Part shown: positions 1 to 13,134 of the stretch, in pieces
How the letters are laid out: the number at the start of each line of letters is the position of its first letter
Numbering within the stretch: the stretch's first letter is position 1
Assembly: GCA_964016885.1 (NCBI GenBank)
Contig: OZ024740.1
Coordinates: forward strand, 178,002,001-178,066,000
Length of the DNA stretch: 64,000 nucleotides
From: Eledone cirrhosa
Lineage: Eukaryota
Reading direction: 5' to 3'
Position numbers and translations under genes: made by a program
The notes under the pieces: generated by a model
The model's database searches: none
Seen by the model: only the letters and a program-made list of their open reading frames with translations
What the model was told of the DNA's origin: nothing

Positions 1-1595
1 AACTGGTTGCACGCATAATCAATCAGGCTATATATGGTGGTGTCATACCCAAAGACTGGTGCAGCAGTATTCTCATAAATTGCTACAAAGGTAAAGGGGA
101 TGCTTTGGAGAGGAGCAATTATAGGGGTATAAAACTGATAGATCAGGTTATGAAAGTGGCAGAAAGGATTTTAGCACAACTAATTAGAGAAAGGGTCAAA
201 CTAGATGAGATGCAGTTTGGTTTTGTGCCTGGGAAGAGTACAACAGATGCCCTCTTCTTGGTGAGACAAATGCAAGAGAGGTTCTTAGAGAAGAATAAGC
301 CACTATACTTAGCCTTTGTTGACCTAGAGAAGGCCTTTGATAGGGTACCCCGATCTGTCATCTGGTGGTCCCTAAGGAAGCTGGGTGTTGAGGAACGGCT
401 TGTAAGGACAGTGCAAACTTTGTACAGAGGTACTCTCAGTAAAGTCAGGGTAGGAATGGAGTTTAGTGAGGAATTCTAGATACAAGTAGGAGTACATCAG
501 GGTTCGGTCCTCAGCCCGCTCTTGTTCATTATAGTCCTCCAAGCCATAACAGAGGAGTTTAAGACTGGCTGTCCATGGGAACTTCTCTATGCTGACGATC
601 TGGCTCTTATGGCAGAATCAGTAGAGGAGCTAGAGAATAAATTCCGGCTATGGAAACAGCAGTTGGAAGCCAGAGGACTGAGAGTAAATCTAGCTAAGAC
701 AAAAGTGTTGATGAGTAGAAAAGAGGACAAAACCCTGATTCCGTCAGGGAAATGGCCATGTTCGATATGCAGAAAAGGAACTGGCATAAATTCTATAAAA
801 TGCACACAATGTAGGTCCTGGGTACACAAGAGATGTAGCGGGATAGCAGGCAAACTAACAGGTAGGGAGAAATATGTATGCAGTAGATGTACAGGGAAAT
901 TAGACAGTAGAAGTCGCACTGATAGACACATTTTTCAAATGCGAGAGGGCGCTATAGAAGTGGTGGATAGCTTCCGGTACCTAGGAGATCAGATTAGTAT
1001 GGGAGGAGGGTGTTCCGAGGCCATAGTATCTAGAATAAGGACGGGTTGGAAGAAGTTTAGGGAGCTGCTTCCTCTGTTGACGAAGAAGGGTTTCTCCCTG
1101 CGTACGAAAGGCCGGTTGTATGATGCCTGTGTGAGGAGCGCGATGCTGCATGGTAGTGAGACATGGGCAGCAACCGCAGAGGATATGCGACGGCTGGAGA
1201 GAAATGAGGCAAGCATGCTCCGTTGGATGTGCAGTGTAAATGTGCGTGAACGACCCAGCATAAATGTGTTGAGAGAGAAACTGTGTCTGAGAGGGATAGA
1301 ATATAGTGTACGGGAGAGGAGACTGAGGTGGTATGGACATGTGATGCGCATGGAGGATGACCGATGGGTGAAGAAGTGCCAGGAAATGCCAGTTGAAGGA
1401 AGACGTGGTAGAGGTAGACCACGAAAAACATGGGCGGAGGTGGTGAGAACAGACCTCAGATCATTGAAGCTCACGGTGGAGATGACGAGGGACCGTGACG
1501 AGTGGAGAGATGCTGTGCTGAATAAGACCCGTCCCACCCTTGCAAGCAGGGAAAAGCGGACGTAAAATGATGATGATGATGATGATGATGATGAT
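1..1595 (+). mobile_element. RTE-clade LINE subfamily A, 3' part (RT, PHD-like finger, C-terminus), (GAT)n tail
   Basis: One frame from 3 to 1565 with RT motifs QFGF..GKST, DLEKAFD, GVHQGSVLSP, LLYADD, FRYLG and RTE-type HGSETW, RRLRWYGHV, GRPRKTW; single in-frame TAG at 477-479. Confidence 0.95.
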
Positions 1596-2325
1596 AGACA
1601 ATCACCATTTTTTATTTCAGTATAAATATGTATTATATACAGATAAATAAGGGATGTAATTACGTACTCATTATTCGAATTATTTCCCTTGAACGTTTTA
1701 ATGCATGTGTGTTTGAGAAAATAGGAAGAAATTAGTAGTGTGTGAGAGAGTCAGAGAGAAGATAATGAATTTCAAATTAAAGTAAAACCATCTGAAAATT
1801 AGACTTAAAACAATAAAACTAACATATTTGTGTGAACAAATAAAAATAAACTAACAGCCTTCCTGTTTTAAAACAACAGGGCATGATATAAGAGAGATTT
1901 TAATGTTAATCCTAGCAGGTCGAACCACGTTGTTCAAGAGTCAACGCATACGCTGCTTGATTTCAGAACAATTCGAAAAAAAAGTTAACATGGGAGGTAA
2001 CTCTAGGATTAACACTCAGTCTATTTCTTAGAGTTGCCCTCCTTGCAATTCGTATTTGTTATTTATTTTTATATTTTAGAATATTTTAGTTAATGTGATT
2101 AATTGAACCAACATTGTATTCTATGTAAAAATATATCATGTAAATAGATTTTGATAGAAAAAAAAATAGATTGAGTAGAAAGAATGGAATAAAATAAGAA
2201 AATATAAGAAAACGGAAAAGGAACGGAATGGCAAGGGCTCTAGTGTCACAGAAGAATGGCGAGGGGAGGGGGATTGTGGTTTGAGCCTAGGGCGCAGTGA
2301 TAATGGGGCTGCACACCACAGACAA

Positions 2326-2525
2326 GACTGCAAAAGCATTCCCACAGATAATGGCTAGCAATAATCACTACAACAGCCTCTCCACCTCATGGGGCTCCCT
2401 CCTTGGATGGGTCGCTGATGTTCTGATCTTGCGGAGGAGCTTGGCAGTGGGTCCACATACGCCTGAGGTCTGAACGGTGACCAGTGTGAAGAGGAAGTGG
2501 TCGAACAATCCCCGGTATTTGTTTA
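2326..2525 (-). mobile_element. Decayed C-terminal restriction-like endonuclease segment of a CRE-type non-LTR element
   Basis: KYRGL..FLFTLVTVQTSGVCGP...REP...AIICGNAFAVL resembles the CRE RLE pattern KY..L..F.P..VET.G..GP...A+QRGNA. Confidence 0.55.
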
Positions 2526-2699
2526 TCTTCCTTAAAACGATTCTTAGTTTTTTTATTTGGAAAAAAATCAAGACCTTAGTTGTTTGGGGGAAAATACGGT
2601 GTTAAACTATGTCTTTAGAATATTAGTTACATCCTTTCTATATTATAGCAACAGGATGCTGTTTCTTTTCCTCCATATTGGCTATAACTATACTTTCTT

Positions 2700-2880
2700 T
2701 TTCTTCTTCTCATTATTATTCCCGAGAGGGTCGTGTGGTAAGTCTTGAAACATGCCTTCTAGTGGGTCTTGTCAGAAGCAACCATCTCTAATTGATCCAG
2801 CTGGATCGCCAAGCGACACCAGTTGAGCTCAGTGATGTTATCCAACCATCTTGCTCAGGGATTACCCTGGGTCTCCTACC
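2700..2880 (-). mobile_element. 3' fragment of a third RTE family (Rex3/Expander-like, GAA tail)
   Basis: Reverse complement matches the 3' end at 58800-58990 and 29343-29510. Confidence 0.6.
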
Positions 2881-3159
2881 TTATTCTTAATAATCTATAA
2901 TCTGTTTGTAACAATATGTGTTTAAGTATTATGTATGAAAGTCATAAATAAAATATTTAAAGTAATGTTATAATAATGTATACATTTATATATCAAAACA
3001 GAAATACAGAAATAAGAACATTAATAAAATGTATTCTATTAATTTGCCTTAACTCTTTTGATGCTAATCTGGCTCTGGTTCTATAAAAACTACACAATTT
3101 TAATTAAAAATCTTCCACAATAGTTTTATAAAGAACCATATGTTTGTTACTCTGTATAT

Positions 3160-3545
3160 ATCCTCCTCATTTATGTCCATTTTCCATGCTAACATGGGTT
3201 AGACGGGTTGTCCCATTATAGGCAATTTGGGTCACGTGACCATCTCTTGTTCATAGAAAACCTTTTCTGGCTAGGTTTCTACAGCTGGATGCCCTTCCTA
3301 ACGCCAATCACATTTACAGTGTGTGCTGGGTGCTTTTTTCGTGACATCTACACGACAACATTTACAGTGTGTACTGGGTGCTTTTTTTCGTGACTTCTAC
3401 ACGACCACTTTACAGTGTGGGCTGGGTGCTTTTTGTCACAACACCTACAAGACCAATTTACAGGGTGGGTTGGGTGCTTTTTGTTGTGATACCAACACAA
3501 CCACTTTATAGTGTGGACTAGATGATTTTTGTTGAGATACCAACA
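3160..3545 (-). mobile_element. SINE/RTE-tail element with about 5 internal tandem copies of a ~48 bp unit
   Basis: ggatgcccttcctaacgccaa domain; repeated TTTACAGTGTG..CTGGGTGCTTTTT unit at 3310-3545. Confidence 0.7.
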
Positions 3546-3718
3546 TGCTGGTATATATTCATTTATATAAAAGAAGTAGATTCTGTGTGTAAAGTGAACA
3601 TATTCGCATGTTTGCATATACCAGTGTAACCATTTATGTGAAAAGGTAAATTAGCTACTTGATAAATAAATACATACTAGGTTGAAACAGGCAAAAGAAT
3701 AAAAGGAATATGGCTTAC

Positions 3719-3899
3719 CAAAATATTGATCATATGGATCTGATTCATAGGAACTCAGTAAGCTATCTTCCACTATTGAAGTTAAACTTGAGCTGTTCCC
3801 ACTAACTGAATTGATTGATGAATCACAACGTACACAAACAGCCTCTCCTGCATCAAAGCTTTCATTTGAGCTGCTTTTTGGTCCCTTGAGTGATGTGCC
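3719..3899 (-). CDS. CFAP47: CFAP47-like exon GTSLKGPKSSSNESFDAGEAV...DPYDQYF (Ser-rich linker)
   Basis: ttctgtcag acceptor, GTAAGC donor; 181 nt, phase 0 to 1. Confidence 0.82.
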
Positions 3900-3950
3900 C
3901 TGACAGAAAAGAATTGAGGAGTGTATATATATGTGCATGCTTATTGTGTA

Positions 3951-3984
<34 letters not shown>

Positions 3985-4658
3985 TAGTGTTGGTTGATTC
4001 AAGCAATCGACCAACTATAGTGTAATCAGTTGAAAAACATACATGTTATCAGTACTATACGGTATTACATATATGCTATCAGACAGAGTATCAATGTTAA
4101 GAAAAGAAAGAGACAGTATCATATATACATCATCAGTTTATTTCATTACATCATACCCATTATGTACATTTCAAAAGCATCAAAAGTCATAATACAACAG
4201 TTATATGATACATTGTCATGAGACAGGTGTTTAAATGTAAATAAAAATAATTCCTGTTTTAGTTTTTTATATGCCTACCATCAAAGAGAAGTTGACAAAT
4301 GCTTGCCTAAAACTGAAATGTTAACATGCATGGGTGTATGTGTGTGTGTAAAAGTGTCATTGTTTTGTATTTGATATCACCTGTGTAGGTGGTGATGTTT
4401 GTTGTTATTCCATACAATCAAATGTCTTGAAACTCAGTTGTTCAATGTGTTAAGATCAATACCTTACTTAAAAGAAGATGAGTAAGGAGCCATATCATAA
4501 AGGCTATCAGCCTGTAGAATACTGTCTCAAAAAAAGAAGACTTTTCCAACTCAGACTATCACTGAAAATTGATCATAAAAACAATGATGATAACAATGAA
4601 GAACAGGATGATGCCAGTAGAAATGTAAAGAGGTGAATACAAAGAAATTAGCACTTAC

Positions 4659-4758
4659 TGGTTGACAGATAATTTTGTAATCCATTTGGTGCTGGGCTAT
4701 GAAGGAATAGCAGCTAAAAAGGCAGTTGTCAGCTATGGCAATGACAGTCAACTGGAAA
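4659..4758 (-). CDS. CFAP47: CFAP47-like exon FQLTVIAIADNCLFSCYSFIAQHQMDYKIICQP
   Basis: tcaattag acceptor, GTAAGT donor; 100 nt, phase 2 to 0; follows a 14.3 kb intron. Confidence 0.86.
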
Positions 4759-5053
4759 CTAATTGAAAGTTTTAAAGTGTTAAAACAACAAAAGCAACAA
4801 CAAAATATTAAAAAGCTAAAATGAAATAATAACAGAAGTGATGAACAAAAAATAGGCACCAAATATATAGTCACTAAAATAGCAACATGTTCTGCTCTCT
4901 GTATTTACATTTACAAATCTTTCCTTGATACAGATTCTTTAACCTTCTGATTAAATATACACTAGGTGTAAAGTATAAGTATTCTTCCTCATGCTTATAT
5001 TATTATTATTATTATTGATTACATTTTGCCTATACTAGTTATGTATTATTTGT

Positions 5054-5240
5054 TGGATTGGCAGTATCATTAGAGGGTCGGACGCCATGCTTTGATGTAT
5101 AGAGTTATGGCCCTTGCCATTCTGAATTCAAATCCCGCCGAGGTTAACTTTGCCTTTCATCCTTACGGGGTCGATAAAATAAAGTACCAGTAATGCACTG
5201 GGTAATTGCTGGCCTTGTGCCAAACGTAGAAACAATTATT
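5054..5240 (+). mobile_element. tRNA-derived SINE family 1 (~190 bp, (ATT)n tail)
   Basis: A-box TGGCAGTATC.., B-box GA.TTCAAATCC, central GCCTTTCATCCTTACGGGGTCGATAAAAT domain (MetaSINE/LF-SINE-like), 3' GGCCTTGTGCC..GTAGAAACAATT. Confidence 0.85.
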
Positions 5241-5339
5241 TAATGAAAATTTTGTGTCAAAACAATTGTAAAGATTAAATGATTGAAGAACTTCTAATAG
5301 AAGTTCTTAATCTTTCCAGTTGTTTCAACACAAAACTTT

Positions 5340-5940
5340 CATTAAATACATAACTAGTTAAGGAAATTTGGTGTAGATGGCTGGCTTGTGAGAGCAGTGC
5401 AAGCCATGTACAGAGGTGCTGACACAAAACTGAAAATTTAGTGAGGAATTCAATGTGCTAGTAGGTGTTCATCAAGGATCTGTTTGCACATCTCTCCTCT
5501 TTATTATAGTTCTCTAGGCTATAATTGTGTGGAGGTTAAGTCAAGCTGTCCTTAATTTCTGTTAGTTTTTATAGCTGAATCTGTGGAAGAGCTACAGAAG
5601 AAATTTCTGTTGTTGAAATGGAACTTAGACGTAAAAGGGTTTAGAGTAAACTTAGCAAAAATTCCAAAGTTTTTGTGAGTAGAAAGAAGACAAGACTGTG
5701 ATCTGATCAGGGAAGTGTCCCAATTTAATATATAGAAAGAAACATAGGTAGGAACTCTATGTAATGTACATAATGTAAAATATGGGTACACAAGAGGTAT
5801 AGTAGGCTAGCAGGCAGTCTAACAGGAAATATAGACTTCATAAATTGCAGATGCACAGGGATAGTTGGTTGCAAGTTAAACACTGTCCAACCTTGAGAAT
5901 GCACCATAGAATAAGTTGACAGTTTCTATAATGTAGATGG
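5340..5940 (+). mobile_element. Old degenerate RTE RT fragment
   Basis: Remnants WLVRAVQAMY, GVHQGS, RVNLAK, WVHKR with many stops and frameshifts. Confidence 0.75.
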
Positions 5941-5949
5941 TAATAACCT

Positions 5950-6490
5950 GGAGAGAGTTGTTCTGGACTATTGCTCTCAGCTGTGGTCACCCAACAGTGT
6001 CAAACTAACTGCAGAACTTGAAGCAATCCTACAAAGCTACATCAAGAGGATTGCCTCAATGAAAGAGATGAGCTACTGGGAAAGGCTGAACAAACTAAAG
6101 CTTTACTATCTGGAGCAGAGACGGATGAGATATGCAGTGATATACATATAGAAGATTCTGGAAGGGTTAGCACCAAAATTAGGCATTGAAGGCAGGGCCA
6201 GCTAACAAAAAGGACGCCACTGTGTAGTGCCAAAGGTCCCATTCATCGGATCGAGAATAAGGACCAGATGCTGTAATAGCCTGGGGTTCAAGGGACCCCA
6301 GCTTTTTAATAAGTTACCAAAAAATCTGAGAGACCTACATGGTGGTCATGTAGATGTTTTCAAGAGACATCTCAACATTCTACTGATCAAGATCCCAGAT
6401 GAACCCACAGCACAAGGCGAAGCACAAATAAGAGTAGCAGGAACAAACTCCCTTTTGCTTCAGTGGACAACCAGGGAAGGCAGGCTATAG
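5950..6490 (+). mobile_element. CR1-type LINE 3' fragment
   Basis: LDYCSQLWSP...MSYWERLNKLKLYYLEQRR.RY...GPQLFNKLPKNLR...FKRHL..IPDEP. Confidence 0.75.
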
Positions 6491-7169
6491 AAAGTTTAGC
6501 ATCAATGGCAGTGCTCCAGTATAACCTCAGCCTCTTGGCTGGAACATGTAATAGAGTAATAGAGAATAAAAACAGGATAGAAAAAGTTGACAACAAGTGG
6601 ATTGAAACTGTATTATTATCGTATCTTTATGTCATGTTACTGTATGGAATGATTAAATATAGATAAGTAAAGAGTGGTGAAGATGGCTGAGAAAGTAGAA
6701 CATCAGATTAAACCTTTTGATACCAAAACTTTTGAAACAGCCCCTGGTTTTATGATACAAAATTGTCCATTTCTAAGTGTTTATATTTATCTAAAAATCT
6801 TCCTTCATAATTCTATGTAAAAACATTTGTTATGTTATGTTCCAAACACCAGATAAATAATGAGAAAGTGAGTTATGTTACTCAATCCCTTCCAATTCTT
6901 AGTTATTTTCACAATGATTTTGAAATCATAGGCATCGTCTTTCTTTATAAATATGTTAATAAAAAGGTTAAAGAGTTCAAATCCTGCCAGGGGTGATGTT
7001 TTTTATCATCTCTCATTCATGATTATTAATAAAACATATACAAGCAATACACCAGACATGATCAAGGCAACAGTTATGCCCCACCAACACCACCACCACC
7101 CTAAACCTGCTTGCCAACAAAGATACCAATAAATTCAAATATTGAAACAAATAATAATAATAATAATGA

Positions 7170-10100
7170 TTTCATTTATTAGCCACAAGGGCCGACAAGT
7201 AGGGGACAATACAAAGACAGGGACAGTGGGGGTTTACAATAAGGTCGAGTAAAAGTGCACAATGGCAAGACTAATTTAACACTGAAGATATAAAAATATA
7301 AAATAAACTATGCATAAATATAACAAAATAAATTCCCCGATAGGGGGTGGATGACCCTGGGGTGACTTGGGTACCCCACCAATCCTGAACCACCCTGACA
7401 TCTAGGGCATCCAGGGAGAGCACCCCTCTCCTCAAGTTAGTTAGCCTATAGGCGCATGGTCAGAGTAGGCCCATTTACACGGGCAATTCTCGCCACATTC
7501 ATCCACCTTTTAGAAAATGTACTGGAGGGCAGCACTTCTCTCTCTACCCTCACCTTCCTTTCCAGGTGAAACTTGAAGAAGTTGATGAGGGATTGGCCGA
7601 AGAGAAAAGTGTCTGTCTTCAGTCCTTTTAACGTGGTCCACCATATAAACTCTTTCGCAACTGCCACCAGACAGAGGAAATTTCCTGCTCTTCCTGACCT
7701 AAGGAAGGCGGTGGGTCGATTTTCACTAAGAACTTGGCCGATAGCCGGATTCGTTCCACACGCGACAGTAGCTGTTCGACATAACTCCACAAGTCAGTAA
7801 TGCACGGCCATTGGACAAGTGCGTGCAGAACGGTTTTGTCGTTCTGTGCGCATCTTGGGCAGGTCCGTCTGACAGCACTTCAGTGCCTGTAGAGTTTATC
7901 CCGAACCGGCAGAGCCCCCCGGTAGCACTGCGAAGCGAGGGATTTCTGGAAATTGTCCCTCGTCCCCGGCTCAAAAGTCCTCCGGTACAGACTGGTCAGT
8001 TCGAATTCGTCGAGGCCCAAAGCTTCTCCAAGTGCGTCATCGCACTTGCCGACTACTAATCCTCTATAGAACTCGAGATTGGAAGTTCCACTGATCGCAT
8101 TGCCTGCTTGGTAGAGGGCAGTGAGTGCCTGGCAACATTCCAGGTGCCAGTCACCCAGTCTCGGTCTCTTCTTGACCCAGGACTGCAGCTCAGTCAAAGA
8201 AATAAGCTGCGGAAAGGCCCGTCTGATAAACGGCGACCACACCTGTTCACCATTGAGGCAGAATATCTGGAGATGTCACAGCCTCAACGCATGTCTGCGC
8301 ATCATCAGGCGGTAGTAAATGACGGACGCGATGTACGCTTTCGCCACCTCCGTGCGACCTTTCAGTGATAGCTTCCTCCCAGCCCATTTTTGGGTGAGAC
8401 TGGCTACTCTGCTCGTTATCTCGTCCCAATTCTTTTCCACCTGGAGGTCTGATCCGAACCAAATCCCGAGCAACTTTACCGGTCCATCCGTCCAGCGCCC
8501 CACAACGCTGTTGGGCGGCATGGGCTTGCCTCTCCAGGTTCCGAGCTGCAAGCCCACCGACTTTTCCGGGTTAAGTTTGGCTCCTGTCAACCTTTCATAT
8601 TCCTTCAATAAGGTGCCAACCACCTCGATTTCTGAGGTGTTTGACACCATCACGGTGATGTCGTCCGCATAAACCGACACCGCCTTCCGCGTCCCAGTTC
8701 GAACGGGATGCCCTGCAACAGCTCCAGCTTCCGCAGTAAAGGCTCGAGAGTCAATACGTAGAGAAGGGAAGAGAGAGGGCACCCTTGATGGACCGATCGG
8801 GAGAGCCAAAATGGTTCCGAGAGGTGGCCATTAACCTTGTCCACCGAGCGCGTGCTGCTGTGCATTGCAGCGATCCAGCTTCTGAAGACAGGGCCGAAGC
8901 TAGCTGCTTTGAGGACAAACTCCAGATACCGATGGTCGACCCTATCGAATGCTTTCGATTGATCTAAATTGATCAGTGCCCCACCGAAGCCAGGTTTACA
9001 CCCTACCCTCTCTATGATGTATCGCATGAGGTTGGAGATTGTCGTGTATGGACCTGGCTGGGATTGCGCAAGTTTGCGCCTCCCCAACCAAATCCTCGAC
9101 GACAAGTGCCAATCTCTTTGCTAACACCTTGGCCAAAATCTTAAACTCTGTGTTGAGCAGAGTTATGGGCCTGAAGTTGTCTAATGTATCCCTCTTATTC
9201 TCGTCTTTCCTTATCAGCGTCACCACTCCCCTGCTCACAGAACTGGGAATACTCCCATTCTGCTGCCAGTTGCAGTAGAGTGCTTCGAGGAGATCGGAGA
9301 ACAAGTCTGGCATATTTACGTAAAGCTCGTAGGGCAGGCTATCCAAACCGAGTGACTTGCGCCTCATGCAGCCGACAAGGGCGTCCTGAATTTCGGCTGA
9401 AGTAATCGGTCTTTCGCAGCGCTCAGCGTCGACATGCGTGGCAAGCCGTCAAGGTGGGGACTGAAATCCGCTACTCTCTCTGACTCGCCACTCTCCCCGA
9501 ACAACCGAGCAAAGTGCTGGCGAAAGGCCTCACACATCCGCTTGGAATCGCTTATCTCATGTCCGTCTCAATTCGCCAAAGACCGAATTGTGGTTTTATT
9601 ACCATGCTGCGCCTCCGCCATGCGGACCCATCGAACAGCTTTGGTTCCTTGTTTCGCAGCGCACGCGCCTTAGCTCTGACAATGCAACCTTCGTGTTTCG
9701 CATTGAAGAAATGGTCTAATGCCATTCTCGCTGCTAGCACGTCAGTTGCAATGCCACTACAAATAGCCTAGTCTAACTTATCTACCAGCTCCCCCTCCTT
9801 TCTATTTTACTCTAACGCTAGTTCTTTGCTAAACTCTATTGAAGTTACACTAATCTCTCTTTTGAGAGCCCCCCACCATCTGTTGTTGATGATCCCCCCC
9901 TGTCAACTTTTGCTTAACTAAATTGTTGACTCAGTCCCTGTAAGCCTTACGTGCCGGAAATGACATGTTCAGCTTCCAGTAACCCGGTCCTAACCTACGT
10001 GTTTTATCTAGGTCGACCGTACAGATCACAAATTTGTGATCTGAATAGGCGACCGTTTTAAAAAGTGGGCAGCCCACACTATTTCTATCTATTTTCCTAA

Positions 10101-12927
10101 TGAAGATCCTCTCTATATACGATCTAGATGACCCCATTCAGTTGGTCTATGTCCATACTGGCACATTGGGGAAATTTAGTCGATACCTGTCAGACAGTTG
10201 GAACTGGCTGAGTAGGTGCTTGAGGCTTTTGCACCCCCCGCTCCTATTGGCTACTCCCACACAATCCCAGCGTGCGTCTAAGATGCCATTCCAGTCCCCC
10301 GCTAACAGTAAAGGGCGAGACATACCCAGAAAGGTCTCCAGGCGCCTAAAGAAGTCTGGTCGTCTGGCCCCTGTAGGGGCATAGACGGTCAGCAGTCTAA
10401 AGACACCACCTTCGCTACTGCACACATTGAAGACCACCAACTTACCGTCCAGGTTCCGGAAAATCGACCTTACCTCGAGATCCAGTCCTTTCCTAAACAG
10501 TACTGCCACCCCACCCACATTCCCGGCCTGCTAACAGATGCGAAGATCTGATAGTCGTTGAAAATAGGGGCTAGTGCGCGCGTGTTGGAAATTCTGGTCT
10601 CGCTGACGGCAATCACATCCATTTCCAGCGACCTGAGGTCGTTGAGCAGGCGACCCTGCTTCCAGGGTGACCCCAGGCCGCGAACATTTAAACTTCCTAC
10701 TCTTAATATGGCCATGTTGGTAAGCTAAGAGAGAGAGGGAAGGTTTACTTACCTCCCGGGGTCTTGTGAAGGTCGGGTGATTCGACCTCCATGGTTGGTG
10801 GGGTTTCTTTTGGGAACCCCTTTAAAAGTCTCGATGTGGGTTTCACATTCGGGGTTCCCATGTCTTGAGGAAAGCTCTCTCGAATTTCTTTGAAGGAATT
10901 GAGTGACATTCGGAGCAGAAGCAAATCTTCTGGCACGCAAAATGTGCTCATTTCAAAAATCTCCCCCTCTGTTTGAATGTCCTCGCTTTGTGATAAGAGG
11001 GCCATCAGTTTATCGTTGGCCCTTCTGACAAGCACAAAGTTTTTAACATTTTGTTGGTGTGGTTTTATTTGTTTTCTTTTTGGTGACTGTGGTGGTGATG
11101 GTTTTGGTGGTGTTGTTTCGGGTATGTCTGTGTTTGTTGTAGGTGTGGTGTCTGCAATTTCAGGTATTTGTGTGTTTATTTGTACTTGCGTTTGTTTAGG
11201 TTGTTTGCGTTTTGGGGATTGTGGGGGTGGTGTCGATGTTGCTGTTGGTGCTGATGTTATTTTGGAAGTGTTTGCGTTAGTGGTGTCTGTACTTTTTGTT
11301 GTGTATGTTTTTGTTTTGTTGGGGCTTTTTTTTTGTGAGTTTTCTGTTTTTTTGCACTTTTGGGTTTTCCTTCATCTTCGCTGCTGGAAGACAAAGGGTC
11401 TGTGGCTGTGAGTGTCTCTGTGTCTGTGTGTGTGTTTATTGTTTTATCTATGTGTATAATTGGGGGGGTAGGGGGAGTGGGAGAGCTTTCCTCGTTTTCT
11501 CCTTGGATTGGTTTTGGTGTTGGTGGTGATCCGGCTGTTTTTGATGTTGGTGTCCGTGTCTTTGTTGGTGTTGTTTTTGGTGGTGGTGGTGATGCAACTT
11601 TCTGTGCTGACACTGGCGTTCACAACAAAGGAGGTTTGCGACCCCCTGCATTTTTGCGCTGAGGGCAGAAGGCATGCAGATGCGTTGCTTCCCCGCAGAC
11701 GAAGCAGCGTGGCTTTCTTCCGTCAATGATTAGTTGGATTGTTGTCCCGTCCTGCAGGCGGGCAAAATCCGGGATCTTGTTCATGTCCTCCGGTTTCATT
11801 TGAAGAAGAATCTCCAAATCCATTCCGGACCAGTCTTCTCTCTCTGTCCTTTTGATATCCAGGAGGGTAGTGTCTCGATTACGCATCCCAGCAGCCACCA
11901 TATGTTCATTCCTGGTGGGATGCTGGGAATGCGGACCTTTACTGTCCTTTTACCCATGTAGGATGTATGCATGATAATGCGTTCCGTTCTGCAGGGGGTC
12001 ACCGAGTGCTTAAGCGAGGGCCTCGGTTTTGAACAGAACCGAGATGGTACCGAACTGTTTGCCTCTTGCTTTATACTCTATGTCACTTCCGATGCACTCC
12101 AAAGCAGCCTCGACCTCTGCTTGGCTGGCAAATTCCACTTTTCGTGTCTGCAACGAAATGCATTGAAAGTACACCGTCCTCCTTTGCATGGCCGCTATTG
12201 CCTCGTCCGGGATGGTCAGGTTTGTCCAGGACTTCTCCCATTTCATTAGCCTCCACGCCTGGGCCAACTGTTCGTCTTTATCGCTAATATCAATATCAAT
12301 ATTCAATAAGCGCTTTGTTTTTGCTGCTGCTGCAGCAAATCTTGTGCTTCTGATGCTCTTGTTGTCATTCTTGCTGTTGTTATTGGTGTTGTTGTTTTGT
12401 TTGTTGATACTGTTGCCGCCGCCATCTGTGTTTACATTGAAGCTGTCAGTGTTATTGTCGTTATTGCTCTGAGTTGTTGTTGTTGTGGTGGTGGTGGCGG
12501 TGGTGGTGGTGATGTCGTTTTCAGATGATACTGCTGCTATCACAGAAGGTTGTGATAGTAGCTTTTGAGTTTTGTCTTCACATTCAGTAGAGTGGACGAC
12601 AGGCATGACTTTAGCCGTCATAGTCGTGGTGAAATCTACAGTGGCTGCCTTTAAACTTTTGACCTGAACGTTGTTTACCGTTTCAAGGTCGAAAATTTCC
12701 ATTTTTTGGGGGGGTGGGGAAGCAAATTTTTTCGAAGTTTTTTAAAAATAAATCTGAATATTCGGGCTTAAAGCCCGAATATTGAGAGGTATCCCTCTCT
12801 TTAAATCAAGATGTGTACCTTAAGTTTCGTTAACGACAAGAAAATACAAAAAATGACACTTTAAAACAGCTTAAAGTTACGAACCTTTTCCCCCGCAGAT
12901 TTGTACTGTCTTCACACATGTACGTCC
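7170..12927 (-). mobile_element. Near full-length, frameshifted Tx1/L1-clade LINE (ORF1 plus APE-RT ORF2)
   Basis: ORF1 from 12702 with CCHC knuckle CFVCGEATHLHAFC; ORF2 from 10715 with SLNVRGL, VYAP, GDWN, SDH (APE), FRPITLLN, DQSKAFDRV, QGCPLS, YADD; AATAAA then (ATT)n 3' tail; (AAT)n on both flanks. Confidence 0.92.
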
Positions 12928-12946
12928 ATAATAATAATAATAATAA

Positions 12947-13134
12947 TTGTCTCTACTTTAGGCACAAGGCCAGCAATTACCCAGTGCATTACTAGTACTT
13001 TATTTTATCAACCCCGTAAGGATGAAAGGCAAAGTTAACCTCGGTGGGATTTGAACTCAGAATGTAAAGGGCCGTAACTCTATGCTGCAAAGCATGGTAT
13101 CCGACACTCTACCGATACTGCCAATCCACCACCA
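12947..13134 (-). mobile_element. SINE family 1 copy whose (ATT)n tail abuts the Tx1 LINE 5' end
   Basis: Reverse complement of the 5054-5240 and 27943-28129 family. Confidence 0.88.
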
